Shown: piece after piece, positions 1 to 10,074 of the stretch
Position numbering within the stretch: position 1 is the first letter of the stretch
Layout: every line of letters starts with the position of its first letter
Origin: Escherichia coli
GTDB lineage: Bacteria > Pseudomonadota > Gammaproteobacteria > Enterobacterales > Enterobacteriaceae
Assembly: GCF_013315695.1 (NCBI RefSeq)
Contig: NZ_CP054353.1
Direction: 5' to 3' (one strand)
Length of the DNA: 64,000 nucleotides
Made by a program: the position numbers and the translations under genes
Notes under the pieces: model-generated
Database searches by the model: none
The model's input: the letters and a program-made list of their open reading frames with translations, nothing else
What the model was told of the DNA's origin: nothing

Positions 1-1
1 G

Positions 2-2362
2 GAGAAAGGCAGCGCTACGGGGATACAGCAGAGTAGCCAGGGCGCGTTGGTGGCAACCACCAGGGCGACGCGGGTCACAGGGACACGCGCTGATGGCGTC
101 GCGTTCAGCATCGAGCAGGATGCGGCGAACAATATCCTGCTGGCAAATGGCGGCGTGTTAACCGTGGAGTCAGACACCACTTCCGCCAAAACACAGGTCA
201 ATGCGGGCGGACGGGAGATCGTCAAAACAAAAGCCACTGCGACTGGCACGATGCTTACCGGCGGTGAACAAATCGTCGAGGGTGTGGCGAATGAGACAAC
301 GATTAACGACGGCGGAATACAAACAGTTTCGGCTAACGGTGAGGCAGTAAAAAAAACGATTAATGAAGGCGGTACGCTGACAGTCAACGATAATGGCAAA
401 GCGACAGATATCATCCAGAACAGCGGTGCCGCTCTCCAGACGAGCACGGCTAACGGTATTGAAATCAGCGGTACTCACCAGTACGGCACCTTTTCCATTG
501 CCGGCAATTTAGCGACCAATATGTTGCTGGAAAATGGCGGTAATTTATTGGTATTAGCAGGTACCGAAGCCCGTGACTCCAAGGTTGGCAAGGGTGGTGC
601 AATGCAAAACCTGGGTCAGGACTCCGCCACAAAGGTTAACTCTGGCGGGCAATATACCCTTGGGCGGTCAAAAGATGAGTTTCAGGCTCTGGCCCGGGCA
701 GAAGATCTCCAGGTCGCTGGCGGGACGGCAATCGTCTATGCAGGTACGCTGGCGGATGCATCGGTCAGTGGCGCGACAGGAAGCCTGTCGTTAATGACGC
801 CACGGGATAATGTTACGCCAGTTAAACTCGAAGGGGCGATCCGGATTACCGATAGCGCGACATTAACTATCGGAAATGGCGTCGATACGACGCTTACCGA
901 CCTGACGGCTGCCAGCCGGGGCAGTGTCTGGCTTAACAGCAATAATTCCTGTGCAGGTACCAGCAACTGCGAATATAGAGTAAACAGTTTGCTCCTCAAC
1001 GACGGTGATGTTTATTTATCAGCACAAACAGCAGCGCCTGCCACAACTAACGGTATCTACAATACGCTGACAACCAGTGAACTTTCCGGCAGCGGTAATT
1101 TCTACCTGCATACCAACGTTGCAGGCTCCCGGGGCGATCAACTGGTCGTCAACAACAACGCCACTGGTAATTTTAAAATCTTTGTTCAGGATACCGGCGT
1201 CAGCCCTCAGTCTGACGACGCGATGACGCTGGTGAAAACAGGGGGAGGGGATGCTTCGTTTACGCTGGGTAATACCGGCGGTTTCGTTGATCTTGGGACC
1301 TATGAGTATGTCCTGAAAAGCGACGGCAACAGCAACTGGAACCTGACCAATGATGTCAAACCCAACCCGGACCCCAACCCAAATCCGAAGCCGGATCCGA
1401 AACCAGACCCGACTCCCGATCCAACGCCGACACCCGTCCCGGAGAAACGCATCACGCCTTCTACGGCAGCCGTACTCAATATGGCAGCAACATTACCGTT
1501 GGTCTTTGATGCTGAGCTAAACAGTATTCGCGAGCGGTTGAACATAATGAAAGCGAGTCCACACAACAATAATGTCTGGGGGACGACGTATAACACCCGT
1601 AATAATGTCACCACCGATGCGGGTGCCGGGTTTGAGCAGACGCTGACCGGAATGACGGTGGGGATCGATAGCCGTAATGATATTCCTGAGGGGATTGCGA
1701 CTCTGGGCGCTTTTATGGGTTATTCCCATTCACATATCGGTTTTGATCGTGGAGGACATGGCAGTGTGGGCAGTTATTCTCTGGGGGGCTATGCCAGCTG
1801 GGAACATGAAAGTGGTTTCTATCTGGACGGTATCGTGAAGCTGAACCGCTTTGAAAGTAACGTAGCCGGTAAAATGAGCAGCGGTGGAGCCGCCAACGGC
1901 AGTTATCGCAGCAACGGGCTGGGCGGTCACATTGAAACCGGGATGCGATTTACCGATGGTAACTGGAACCTGACGCCGTATGCATCGTTAACGGGGTTCA
2001 CCGCTGATAACCCCGAATATCATTTATCCAATGGCATGGAATCGAAATCAGTCGATACCCGCAGTATATATCGTGAACTGGGCGCAACGCTGAGTTACAA
2101 CATGCGTCTGGGGAACGGCATGGAAGTTGAGCCGTGGCTGAAGGCGGCTGTGCGCAAAGAATTTGTCGATGATAACCGGGTGAAAGTGAATAATGACGGT
2201 AATTTTGTCAATGATTTGTCGGGCAGACGTGGAATATACCAGGCAGGTATTAAAGCCTCATTCAGCAGTTCGTTAAGCGGGAATCTCGGGGTGGGGTATA
2301 GCCATGGTGCCGGTGTGGAATCCCCGTGGAACGCAGTGGCTGGTGTGAACTGGTCGTTCTGA
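2..2362 (+). CDS. Autotransporter adhesin, C-terminal portion (passenger repeats, Pro/Asp/Asn-rich linker, beta-barrel translocator); 5' end lies outside the window
   Basis: Frame is open from the window edge (no stop between 2 and 47); PNPDPNPNPKPDPKPDPTPDPTPTP linker; C-terminal beta-domain ending ...VNWSF as in type Va autotransporters; position resembles ypjA next to CP4-57 in E. coli K-12. Confidence 0.8.
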   Translation, partial: EKGSATGIQQSSQGALVATTRATRVTGTRADGVAFSIEQDAANNILLANGGVLTVESDTTSAKTQVNAGGREIVKTKATATGTMLTGGEQIVEGVANETTINDGGIQTVSANGEAVKKTINEGGTLTVNDNGKATDIIQNSGAALQTSTANGIEISGTHQYGTFSIAGNLATNMLLENGGNLLVLAGTEARDSKVGKGGAMQNLGQDSATKVNSGGQYTLGRSKDEFQALARAEDLQVAGGTAIVYAGTLADASVSGATGSLSLMTPRDNVTPVKLEGAIRITDSATLTIGNGVDTTLTDLTAASRGSVWLNSNNSCAGTSNCEYRVNSLLLNDGDVYLSAQTAAPATTNGIYNTLTTSELSGSGNFYLHTNVAGSRGDQLVVNNNATGNFKIFVQDTGVSPQSDDAMTLVKTGGGDASFTLGNTGGFVDLGTYEYVLKSDGNSNWNLTNDVKPNPDPNPNPKPDPKPDPTPDPTPTPVPEKRITPSTAAVLNMAATLPLVFDAELNSIRERLNIMKASPHNNNVWGTTYNTRNNVTTDAGAGFEQTLTGMTVGIDSRNDIPEGIATLGAFMGYSHSHIGFDRGGHGSVGSYSLGGYASWEHESGFYLDGIVKLNRFESNVAGKMSSGGAANGSYRSNGLGGHIETGMRFTDGNWNLTPYASLTGFTADNPEYHLSNGMESKSVDTRSIYRELGATLSYNMRLGNGMEVEPWLKAAVRKEFVDDNRVKVNNDGNFVNDLSGRRGIYQAGIKASFSSSLSGNLGVGYSHGAGVESPWNAVAGVNWSF

Positions 2363-2375
2363 CCATCAACGAAAA

Positions 2376-2397
2376 AGCCCACATCTGTGGGCTTTCA
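2376..2397 (+). terminator. Putative hairpin terminator after the autotransporter gene
   Basis: agcccacatctgtgggct stem-loop followed by a short T-run, 14 bp after the stop codon. Confidence 0.4.
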
Positions 2398-2671
2398 TAT
2401 CACCAGGAGCCGCGGCTCCTTTGCGTATCCTTTTTTGTCTCCTCACCGTCTGGTCGGTGTCCTGCTGAGACTGCTAACTTCCTGTTTTTATTGGTGTTGT
2501 CCTTACACCGTCCAATCATGATTGGCTGGCGGAGTTTGAATAAATATTGTATTACTTTGATTTTTAATGATTTTGTTTGATTCAGTTTTTGTGCGTATAC
2601 CTAATCGTATACCAATGGCTGTAAGTTAATGTGAAATGAAAGCGCATTTTTACTTGGATTGATGCTATATC

Positions 2672-2990
2672 GTACAGGAAAAAAATTTTTTTTCGAAAGA
2701 ACTGTTCACACTGTTCACCTTTCTTTTTTCTCCTTTTATTTCATAGTGATAGGTGGTGAATAATGGGTGAAGGGTGAACATTCGATTCTTCACCTCCGGC
2801 ATTCTGCCGGTGTGACTTGTGCAGGGGATTAATTTCCCGTGCTGAAATCACACCGGAAGAAAAAAGTTTTTTTTGATTTGATTGTTCACACTGTTCACCT
2901 TTCGTTTTTCTCTTTTAATTTCAGTGTGATAACGGGTGAATATACGGTGAAGGGTGAACAGTGGATTGTTCACCTTCGGGGGATTCAGGG
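2672..2990. repeat. crr-like region: two ~120-bp direct repeats each carrying several TGTTCACC/GGTGAACA octamer iterons
   Basis: Units at about 2701-2810 and 2881-2990 are near-identical (ctgttcacactgttcaccttt...ggtgaa...gggtgaaca...ttcacc), each preceded by an A/T-run; sits just downstream of the alpha gene as P4 crr does. Confidence 0.75.
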
Positions 2991-2995
2991 ATAAA

Positions 2996-3024
2996 AAAAG
3001 ACCGGCAGATGCCGGTCAGATGAG
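2996..3024 (-). terminator. Rho-independent terminator downstream of the alpha gene
   Basis: gaccggca/tgccggtc hairpin followed by a T-run on the minus strand, immediately after the alpha stop. Confidence 0.5.
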
Positions 3025-3033
3025 TCATGATGG

Positions 3034-5367
3034 TCAGGTTGTTGCAGGGTCGTCACATTTTGGCAGCCAGTCGCCGTAGCTTTCCTCTTTCAGCGTCAGG
3101 TTGGTCTGTATCCCCTGTTTGGTATGGCGCTTCTCGTAATTCAGTCCGTATTCCTTCAGCATCACCGGCAGCCCCAGCCCGAACATTTTCAGACTGAGTA
3201 CATTCCGGTAGCCGTTTGCCTCCATGTAGGCCAGATAGGCGTGATAGAGGTATTTACGGTAATTACGCGGGATGATACTGGCGTTCCCCATATACATGCC
3301 GCTGGTCTGCAGCAGGGTTTCCAGATAGCCGATAAAATCAAACGTCGGGTCGGCATCCCGTTTGATGTTCAGTGCCTCGTCTGAGTTCTGCTGGGACTGA
3401 AGCAGTGACCGGGCGAGCATCGGGTCGCTGAACTTCTGCATCAGGTGACGCACGATGACCGCCAGCTCGCGGGTGATTTTGTCCTTAAGCTGCGGGTCGC
3501 GCTCCTGCGGGGCTATCTGTTCCGGGAAGTGAATAATCACCCGCCGGCGTGACACGCCGCCGCTGCGGTCGGTGAAGCGCATCGGGTTATTGTTCACGGC
3601 CAGAATCACCGCCGGGATGTGCGTGGAGTACGCATCCCGGTATTTCGGGTCAACGGACACTGCATCGCCGCCGGTGATGGCCTTGAGTCCGGCTCCGTCG
3701 CCGCTCCATTTTTCCTGGTCCGGCAGGCGTATCAGTGAGAAGCCAGTTAACGCGGCACGTTCACGCGGGGATTCCAGCGTCTCGATGGTGGCCGACGTGG
3801 CGTTATCCTCACCGGCCAGCAGGGTGGCGATTTCGGCCATGATACTTTTGCCGCTGCCGCCGGGACCGGTCACCTCCAGAAAGAGCTGCCAGTCGTAGCG
3901 GTTTGCCAGCACCATAAACAGTGCGGCCAGAATCACGTCGCGTTTTTCCGCACGGCCACCGGCGGCACGGTCAAGCCAGCGCCAGAACGCGGGGGCGTGG
4001 GTCTCCAGCGTTTCACCGTCCACCGGCGGGGTGAAATCCACATCGCACAGGGTGCGCATCCAGTGTGACGGACTGTGCGGATGGAACGTGCCGTTCTGCG
4101 TGTCGAGCACGCCGTTACGAAAGCCAATCAGGCGGCGGGAGGGGGCTTCCTGCTGCGGAATAATCAGTTTCAGGGTGTCCACCACGGAGGCCACCTTCCC
4201 GGAGGAGAACGGCGCGCGCAGACGCTGAAACAGCCCGGCCACATCCCGGGCAAAGTCCTGTGGCGGCAGCACCTTCCAGACACCATTTTCATAGCGGGAC
4301 AGAAGCTGGCCGTTGGCATCGACCGCGAGCGCCTCGCCGTAATGCTCATAGATACGCATGGCCTTTTCGCTGGTACTCATGGCGGAAAACTCTGCTTCGC
4401 TCATGGTGTCGAACGGGCTTTCAGCCGGTGGCCGGATGGCATCGTAAATGGCCTTACGGGTGGCCTCCCCGCCGTACTGCGTGAAGGCATCATTCCAGTC
4501 ACCGAAGACCGGCGGCAGGGCAACAACGCCCTCACACGCATCTGCGGCTGCGGCGGCTTTTTTCTGGCCGTCACCGCTGAGGTCACGGTCTGCGGCAAGG
4601 ACAATCTGACAGGCCGGATGCTTCTGCCGGGCAAGGCTGGCCAGAGAAAGGAGGTTCACGGAAGAAAGCGCCACCATCACCGTTTCACCGGTCAGGTGAT
4701 GCACGGTAAGTGCGGTCGCGTATCCCTCCGCTATCCACAGACGTTTTCCGGCCTGATTCTGTCCTTCAAGGGTGTGACAGGTGCCCCTGACCTGTCCGCC
4801 TTTCAGGGTGCGCTTACGGCCGTCAGCACTGATTAACTGAAGGTTAACCAGTTCGCCGCTGTCGTCATACAGTGGCACCACAAGGTCACCGGCGCGCCAG
4901 CTCACGCCACCGGCTCTGTGTGTGCCGGTCAGCATCCGGCATTCCCGGCCGGGAAAGCCCTTGCGGGTCAGGTAGGCGTTACCGGTTCCGGGACGGGTTT
5001 TTGCCATCAGGGTTTGTGCCAGTGCGGCGGCGTTCTTCCGGGCAGCGTCTGTTTCAGCAACGGCGGCGGCCGTCACTGCCGGGTCAGCCGGGGGCAGGCT
5101 GCCGGTCACGGCAGCCACCTTTGCGGCCGCGTCGGACGGAGAGACACCAAACACCTTTCCAACCAGTTTCAGGCCGTCACCGGCACCACACTGATTGCAG
5201 TACCAGGTGCCGCGCCCCTCCCTGTCATCAAAACGGAAGCGGTCACTCCCGCCACAGACCGGACAGGGCTGATGACGGTTTTTCAGCACCTGAATCCCCA
5301 GCGCCGGGAGAATACGCGGCCAGTGGCCGAGCGCATGGCTGACGGTGGCGGTTACGTTCATTTTCAT
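3034..5367 (-). CDS. P4 alpha-type bifunctional primase/helicase (777 aa)
   Basis: N-terminal zinc-binding motif CPVCGG...YCNQCG, central primase region, C-terminal P-loop helicase (GPGGSGKS); size and position match P4 alpha. Confidence 0.9.
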   Translation of the reverse strand: MKMNVTATVSHALGHWPRILPALGIQVLKNRHQPCPVCGGSDRFRFDDREGRGTWYCNQCGAGDGLKLVGKVFGVSPSDAAAKVAAVTGSLPPADPAVTAAAVAETDAARKNAAALAQTLMAKTRPGTGNAYLTRKGFPGRECRMLTGTHRAGGVSWRAGDLVVPLYDDSGELVNLQLISADGRKRTLKGGQVRGTCHTLEGQNQAGKRLWIAEGYATALTVHHLTGETVMVALSSVNLLSLASLARQKHPACQIVLAADRDLSGDGQKKAAAAADACEGVVALPPVFGDWNDAFTQYGGEATRKAIYDAIRPPAESPFDTMSEAEFSAMSTSEKAMRIYEHYGEALAVDANGQLLSRYENGVWKVLPPQDFARDVAGLFQRLRAPFSSGKVASVVDTLKLIIPQQEAPSRRLIGFRNGVLDTQNGTFHPHSPSHWMRTLCDVDFTPPVDGETLETHAPAFWRWLDRAAGGRAEKRDVILAALFMVLANRYDWQLFLEVTGPGGSGKSIMAEIATLLAGEDNATSATIETLESPRERAALTGFSLIRLPDQEKWSGDGAGLKAITGGDAVSVDPKYRDAYSTHIPAVILAVNNNPMRFTDRSGGVSRRRVIIHFPEQIAPQERDPQLKDKITRELAVIVRHLMQKFSDPMLARSLLQSQQNSDEALNIKRDADPTFDFIGYLETLLQTSGMYMGNASIIPRNYRKYLYHAYLAYMEANGYRNVLSLKMFGLGLPVMLKEYGLNYEKRHTKQGIQTNLTLKEESYGDWLPKCDDPATT

Positions 5368-5381
5368 GGTGTTGTTCTCCT

Positions 5382-5702
5382 TCAGTGCAGTACCGGCGCT
5401 TTTATGTGACGGGCACAGAGTTCATCCATCACAACCAGCCCGAGAAAGGACAGCGACGGCGCGGCCTTCAGGGGGCCGGATTCCATTAAATCTTCCAGCA
5501 GGGCACAGGCTATCTGACGCCCTTTTTCCTCACCGTGCTGGCGCAGATAAAAGCCTTCCAGCTCAGCGGCGATGGCCGCCTCCAGTGACTCAAGGGTGAG
5601 ATGCGGGTAGCGGTGCTGACGTTCGCACACGGTCAGCCAGGCACAGGCGACAGCGCGACGGTAAAGGGCAGCACGTAAGACGGGCGGTAAGGGTGTTTTC
5701 AT
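5382..5702 (-). CDS. Hypothetical protein, 106 aa (P4 orf106-like position)
   Basis: ORF in operon orientation directly upstream of alpha; no recognisable motif. Confidence 0.5.
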
Positions 5703-5837
5703 TTGTTTTCCTCCCTGTGACAGATGACTGCATTCCGTGCCGGTTGCATTAACTGATAAGGCATATCTGCGTCTCCTGAAGACGTGCGTATCCCTGCGCG
5801 AATACGCACATTTAATTTTTCGGGTGTCGTTTTTTAA

Positions 5838-6293
5838 TTACAGATAATTGCGGTAACTGTTATCCGGGGTGATTTCCGGGTCAGGCTCCGTGCGGGGAAT
5901 TTCCCGCCATTCCCGCGCCACCGGTGCCGCCCGGCTGACCGGAACAGGGGCCTGCGGGTAAATATCCAGATATTTCTCCCGCCATTTCTGTAATTCCGGG
6001 TCTCCGGCCATTTCTTTCAGTACCGCATGCCGGTTTACGGGGCTGCGTTTAAACAGGTCAGGACGGTCACAGGTAAATTCCCGCAGAAAACGCCCCAGCG
6101 GGATGTCTGTGGTGCGCCCGTCAGCGAGGATACGCACAAGGATACTGAATTTACGGCGGTACGGGTTCCAGACAATGTCCGGGCAGCGGTACGGCATTTC
6201 CCACGGAATACCGTCTTCCAGAATGCCGACCACGGCCACATCGGGAAAACCGGCAGAACGGTAAATCTCACCGGGCTGGGGAAAATCAAACAT
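5838..6293 (-). CDS. Hypothetical protein, 151 aa (P4 orf151-like position)
   Basis: ORF co-oriented with alpha operon; size matches a P4 early-operon ORF. Confidence 0.5.
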   Translation of the reverse strand: MFDFPQPGEIYRSAGFPDVAVVGILEDGIPWEMPYRCPDIVWNPYRRKFSILVRILADGRTTDIPLGRFLREFTCDRPDLFKRSPVNRHAVLKEMAGDPELQKWREKYLDIYPQAPVPVSRAAPVAREWREIPRTEPDPEITPDNSYRNYL

Positions 6294-6573
6294 GCGTCTT
6301 GTCTCCCCGGTCTTTCTGCTGGGCGAGAAAATCGCGGCACAGGCCTTTGGCTTTCAGCTCATTCAGCACAAAATCAATATCTTCATTCAGGTAGCTGAAA
6401 ATATGCGGAATGTAGAGCTGATGCAGGCCGGAGAGTTCACGGTGAATCAAATCACCCCCAACAAACTGGGATACGGCGCTGGCGCGGTTGAGCTTATGGT
6501 AAGCCTCAATGCTGAGGTGTTCACGGGCGTCATGACGCGCTGAGACGGTCTGAGGGGCTTTTTTATTACGCAC
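6286..6573 (-). CDS. Hypothetical small protein, 95 aa with proposed GTG start (possible epsilon-like)
   Basis: GTG at 6571-6573 (rc) preceded by GGTGGAGG; ATG-initiated versions of this ORF have N-termini that look non-coding. Confidence 0.35.
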   Translation of the reverse strand: MRNKKAPQTVSARHDAREHLSIEAYHKLNRASAVSQFVGGDLIHRELSGLHQLYIPHIFSYLNEDIDFVLNELKAKGLCRDFLAQQKDRGDKTHV

Positions 6574-6763
6574 GGGACACCTCCACCACCGGCAGACGGG
6601 CAGCAAGGGAGAGCACATAGTCACGGACAAGGGAACGGCGGGCACTGCGTTCATCACCGGCGACGGTGCGAAGCATGCAGATACGGGGATGACGGTCTGC
6701 GCGACGGACAGCCGCAAACACAAAGACAAATTCAGGGTGTGAAGGGGTAAGGGTTGTAGCCAT
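6566..6763 (-). CDS. Hypothetical small protein, 65 aa
   Basis: ATG at 6761-6763 (rc) with GGAGG 9 nt upstream; C-terminal part of a longer ORF-track frame. Confidence 0.3.
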   Translation of the reverse strand: MATTLTPSHPEFVFVFAAVRRADRHPRICMLRTVAGDERSARRSLVRDYVLSLAARLPVVEVSRA

Positions 6764-7161
6764 GATGGCAGCCTCCGTTAGATAGCAGGTTACGCTATCG
6801 CCGGAGTTTCCACGCTCGATGGCGATAGCCCAGACGGGGGTGGAAATACCGGCTCTAACGGATACCGGCCAGCCCGGAGGCTGCCCCGCCTGAGCTACCA
6901 TTGACTCTGCGGCATAATGAGCGGACGCGGGCAGGATGCACGGAGTTCCATCTGCTCGACTGACCACACACCACACCATAATCTGGCGCTCTGTGGCGTT
7001 GATTGCGACACAAAAAAAGACGCATGGCGCGTCATATGTCGCCGTTAGATTGCTCGGGTTTCCACGCCCGGCTGCCGATTTTGCGACAGCGGAAAAACTA
7101 TATCCGCAAATGCCGGAAAAAGGCAAGCCAGAAAAAGGGACTTTTTGCAGAACAGGCATCA

Positions 7162-7428
7162 TCATGCGTCGTACCCCCGTTTGCGTCCGGCAATGCGGCC
7201 GGCCATCCATGCGGTGACTTCAGAGTGCAGCCAGGCCACATTTTTACCGCCAAGACTCACCTGCGGCGGAAATTCCCCCTTACGGATGAGTTCGTAGATG
7301 GTCGAGCGTGACAGGCCGCACAGGTGCATCACTTCCGGAAGACGTAAAAAACGCTCCTGTGTGATGTCCGGCAGCGGCATCAGTGGCGTCACAGGGGCGG
7401 GAGACGGGGAAGAAAAAACAGCTTGCAT
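7162..7428 (-). CDS. AlpA/Vis-family transcriptional regulator (88 aa)
   Basis: Conserved AlpA-type HTH region (LRLPEV...[17 protein letters not shown]); same length as P4 Vis. Confidence 0.8.
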   Translation of the reverse strand: MQAVFSSPSPAPVTPLMPLPDITQERFLRLPEVMHLCGLSRSTIYELIRKGEFPPQVSLGGKNVAWLHSEVTAWMAGRIAGRKRGYDA

Positions 7429-7706
7429 CGGGCTACCTCGTTAATGTCCATACAGCACCGGATAAGTCCGTCCGGCTTCGGGTAGCGCTTTATTTTGTGA
7501 ATATTTTCGGCAGACGCAACAGGGGGGATTTGTTCCGGCAGCCTTACAATGGCTGTGCATTTTTTGTACATCAGCGCCAGATAGCTTTAAAACGCTCTGG
7601 AAGGAGCTGGAAAAAATTATAGTGAAATACAAATTGTTTTTTCTTATTTATTTCAGTGAATTAATAAAAATAAAAAGTAATAAACAGCACAAAAAGCCCA
7701 TCAACG

Positions 7707-7811
7707 GGTGAACAGTGGTGAACAGACGGTGAACAGTCATTACTGCGATTGTTCACCCTTTAACTTACTGTATTACTTATCTTTTTTCTTATTGTGAACA
7801 GAGGTGAACAG
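7707..7811. repeat. ori-like iteron cluster (six GGTGAACA/TGTTCACC octamers)
   Basis: gggtgaacagtggtgaacagacggtgaacag ... gattgttcaccc ... ttgtgaacagaggtgaacag between the Vis-like gene and sid; same octamer as the crr-like repeats. Confidence 0.65.
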
Positions 7812-7980
7812 TAAAATATAAAAAAAACAAACAGTAAGCCGGTTTTTCCTGCGACCTTTTCCTGGCTTGCCGGTCGGAGGATGAGTCTCCTGTGTCAGGG
7901 CTGGCACATCTGCAATGCGTCGTGTTGTTGTCCGGTGTACGTCACAATTTTCTTAACCTGAAGTGACGAGGAACCGGAAA

Positions 7981-8715
7981 ATGTCTGACAACACCATCCC
8001 TGAATATCTGCAACCCGCGCTGGCACAACTGGAAAAGGCCAGAGCCGCCCATCTTGAGAACGCCCGCCTGATGGATGAGACCGTCACGGCCATTGAACGG
8101 GCAGAGCAGGAAAAAAATGCGCTGGCGCAGGCCGACGGAAACGACGCTGACGACTGGCGCACGGCCTTTCGTGCAGCCGGTGGTGTCCTGAGCGATGAGC
8201 TGAAACAGCGCCACATTGAGCGCGTGGCACGCCGGGAGCTGGTACAGGAATATGACAATCTGGCCGTGGTGCTGAATTTTGAACGCGAACGCCTGAAAGG
8301 GGCGTGTGACAGCACGGCCACCGCCTACCGGAAGGCACATCATCACCTTCTGAGTCTGTATGCAGAGCATGAGCTGGAACACGCCCTGAATGAAACCTGT
8401 GAGGCGCTTGTCCGGGCAATGCATCTGAGCATCCTGGTACAGGAAAATCCGCTCGCCAACACCACCGGCCATCAGGGCTACATCTCACCGGAAAAGGCTG
8501 TCATGCAGCAGGTGAAATCATCGCTGGAACAGAAAATAAAACAGATGCAAATCAGCCTCAGCGGTGAGCCGGTTCTCCGGCTGGCCGGACTGTCAGCGGC
8601 AACACTCCCGCACATGGATTATGAGGTGGCAGGCACACCGGCGCAGCGCAAGGTGTGGCAGGACAAAATAGACCAGCAGGGAGCAGAGCTGAAGGCCAGA
8701 GGACTGCTGTCATGA
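7981..8715 (+). CDS. sid: Sid-like capsid size-determination (external scaffold) protein, 244 aa
   Basis: Position first in the sid-delta-psu block; length equals P4 Sid; stop overlaps the delta start (ATGA). Confidence 0.6.
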   Translation: MSDNTIPEYLQPALAQLEKARAAHLENARLMDETVTAIERAEQEKNALAQADGNDADDWRTAFRAAGGVLSDELKQRHIERVARRELVQEYDNLAVVLNFERERLKGACDSTATAYRKAHHHLLSLYAEHELEHALNETCEALVRAMHLSILVQENPLANTTGHQGYISPEKAVMQQVKSSLEQKIKQMQISLSGEPVLRLAGLSAATLPHMDYEVAGTPAQRKVWQDKIDQQGAELKARGLLS

Positions 8716-9212
8716 TTTACTGCCCGTCGTGTGGACATGTTGCTCACACCCGCCGCGCACATTTCATGGACGATGGCACCAAGATAATGATTGCACAGTG
8801 CCGGAATATTTATTGCTCTGCGACATTTGAAGCGAGTGAAAGCTTTTTCTCTGACAGTAAAGATTCAGGAATGGAATACATTTCAGGCAAACAGAGATAC
8901 CGCGATTCACTGACTTCTGCCTCCGGCAGTATGAAACGCCCGAAAAGAATGCTTGTGACCGGATATTGTTGTCGGAGATGTAAAGGCCTTGCACTGTCAA
9001 GAACATCGAGGCGTCTGTCTCAGGAAGTCACCGAGCGTTTTTATGTGTGCACGGAGCCGGGTTGTGGTCTGGTGTTTAAAACGCTTCAGACCATCAACCG
9101 CTTCATTGTTCGCCCGGTCACGCCGGACGAACTGGCAGAAAGCCTGCATGAAAAACAGGAACTGCCGCCAGTACGGTTAAAAACACAATCATATTCGCTG
9201 CGTCTGGAATGA
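8712..9212 (+). CDS. delta: Delta late-gene activator (tandem Ogr-like zinc fingers), 166 aa
   Basis: Two Ogr-type Cys motifs (CPSCGHVAHTRR...C..C and a second CxxC...C block); length equals P4 Delta. Confidence 0.8.
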   Translation: MIYCPSCGHVAHTRRAHFMDDGTKIMIAQCRNIYCSATFEASESFFSDSKDSGMEYISGKQRYRDSLTSASGSMKRPKRMLVTGYCCRRCKGLALSRTSRRLSQEVTERFYVCTEPGCGLVFKTLQTINRFIVRPVTPDELAESLHEKQELPPVRLKTQSYSLRLE

Positions 9213-9285
9213 GGGCTGCCGGTTAACCCCGGCCGTCGCCGCACACCGTATTTTTATTCTTCAGCATGATGAGAAAGAGATAACG

Positions 9286-9858
9286 ATGGAAAGCACAGCC
9301 TTACAGCAGGCCTTTGACACCTGTCAGAATAACAAAGCAGCATGGCTGCAACGCAAAAATGAGCTGGCTGCGGCCGAACAGGAATATCTGCGGCTTCTGT
9401 CAGGAGAAGGCAGAAACGTCAGTCGCCTGGACGAATTACGCAATATTATCGAAGTCAGAAAATGGCAGGTGAATCAGGCCGCCGGTCGTTATATTCGTTC
9501 GCATGAAGCCGTTCAGCACATCAGCATCCGCGACCGGCTGAATGATTTTATGCTGCAGCACGGCACAGCACTGGCGGCCGCACTGGCACCGGAGCTGATG
9601 GGCTACAGTGAGCTGACGGCCATTGCCCGAAACTGTGCCATACAGCGTGCCACAGATGCCCTGCGTGAAGCCCTCCTGTCCTGGCTTGCGAAGGGTGAAA
9701 AAATTAATTATTCCGCACAGGATAGCGACATTTTAACGACCATCGGATTCAGGCCTGACGCGGCTTCGGTGGATGACAGCCGTGAAAAATTCACCCCTGC
9801 GCAGAACATGATTTTTTCGCGTAAAAGTGCGCAACTGGCATCACGTCAGTCTGTGTAA
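9286..9858 (+). CDS. psu: Psu-like polarity-suppression / capsid decoration protein, 190 aa
   Basis: Position after delta and length equal to P4 Psu. Confidence 0.65.
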   Translation: MESTALQQAFDTCQNNKAAWLQRKNELAAAEQEYLRLLSGEGRNVSRLDELRNIIEVRKWQVNQAAGRYIRSHEAVQHISIRDRLNDFMLQHGTALAAALAPELMGYSELTAIARNCAIQRATDALREALLSWLAKGEKINYSAQDSDILTTIGFRPDAASVDDSREKFTPAQNMIFSRKSAQLASRQSV

Positions 9859-10021
9859 AACTCCCCGAAAATCCGCCCGTTTTACTGAAAAAAGCCATGC
9901 ATCGATAAGGTGCATGGCTTTGCATGCGTTTTCCTGCCTCATTTTCTGTAAACCGTGCCATTCCCGGCGCGGTCTGAGCGTGTCAGTACAACTGCATTAA
10001 AACCGCCCCGCAAAGCGGGCG

Positions 10022-10040
10022 GGCGAGGCGGGGAAAGCAC
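10022..10040. other. cos site (cohesive end) of the P4-like element
   Basis: ggcgaggcggggaaagcac matches the P2/P4-family cohesive-end sequence as I recall it; located after psu as in P4. Confidence 0.6.
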
Positions 10041-10074
10041 TGCGCGCAGTATAAGAATTAAATAGGTATGGATT

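Noticed and set aside
170-2382. Several 60-104-aa minus-strand ORFs inside the autotransporter gene
   Set aside because: All lie antisense within a long, motif-supported plus-strand coding region.
2363-2700. Searched for a third copy of the ssrA 3'-end att core marking the left end of the P4-like element
   Set aside because: No stretch resembling gaacccgcgtccgaaattcctacat found by eye; left boundary left approximate. A short or degenerate core could be missed without alignment software.
2672-2990. Direct repeats considered as a possible CRISPR array
   Set aside because: Only two long (~120 bp) repeat units carrying replication-type octamer iterons, no short repeat-spacer periodicity and no cas genes.
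4075-4836. 253-aa plus-strand ORF and other ORFs inside the alpha gene region
   Set aside because: Antisense shadow ORFs within a high-GC coding region; alpha on the minus strand has clear primase and helicase motifs.
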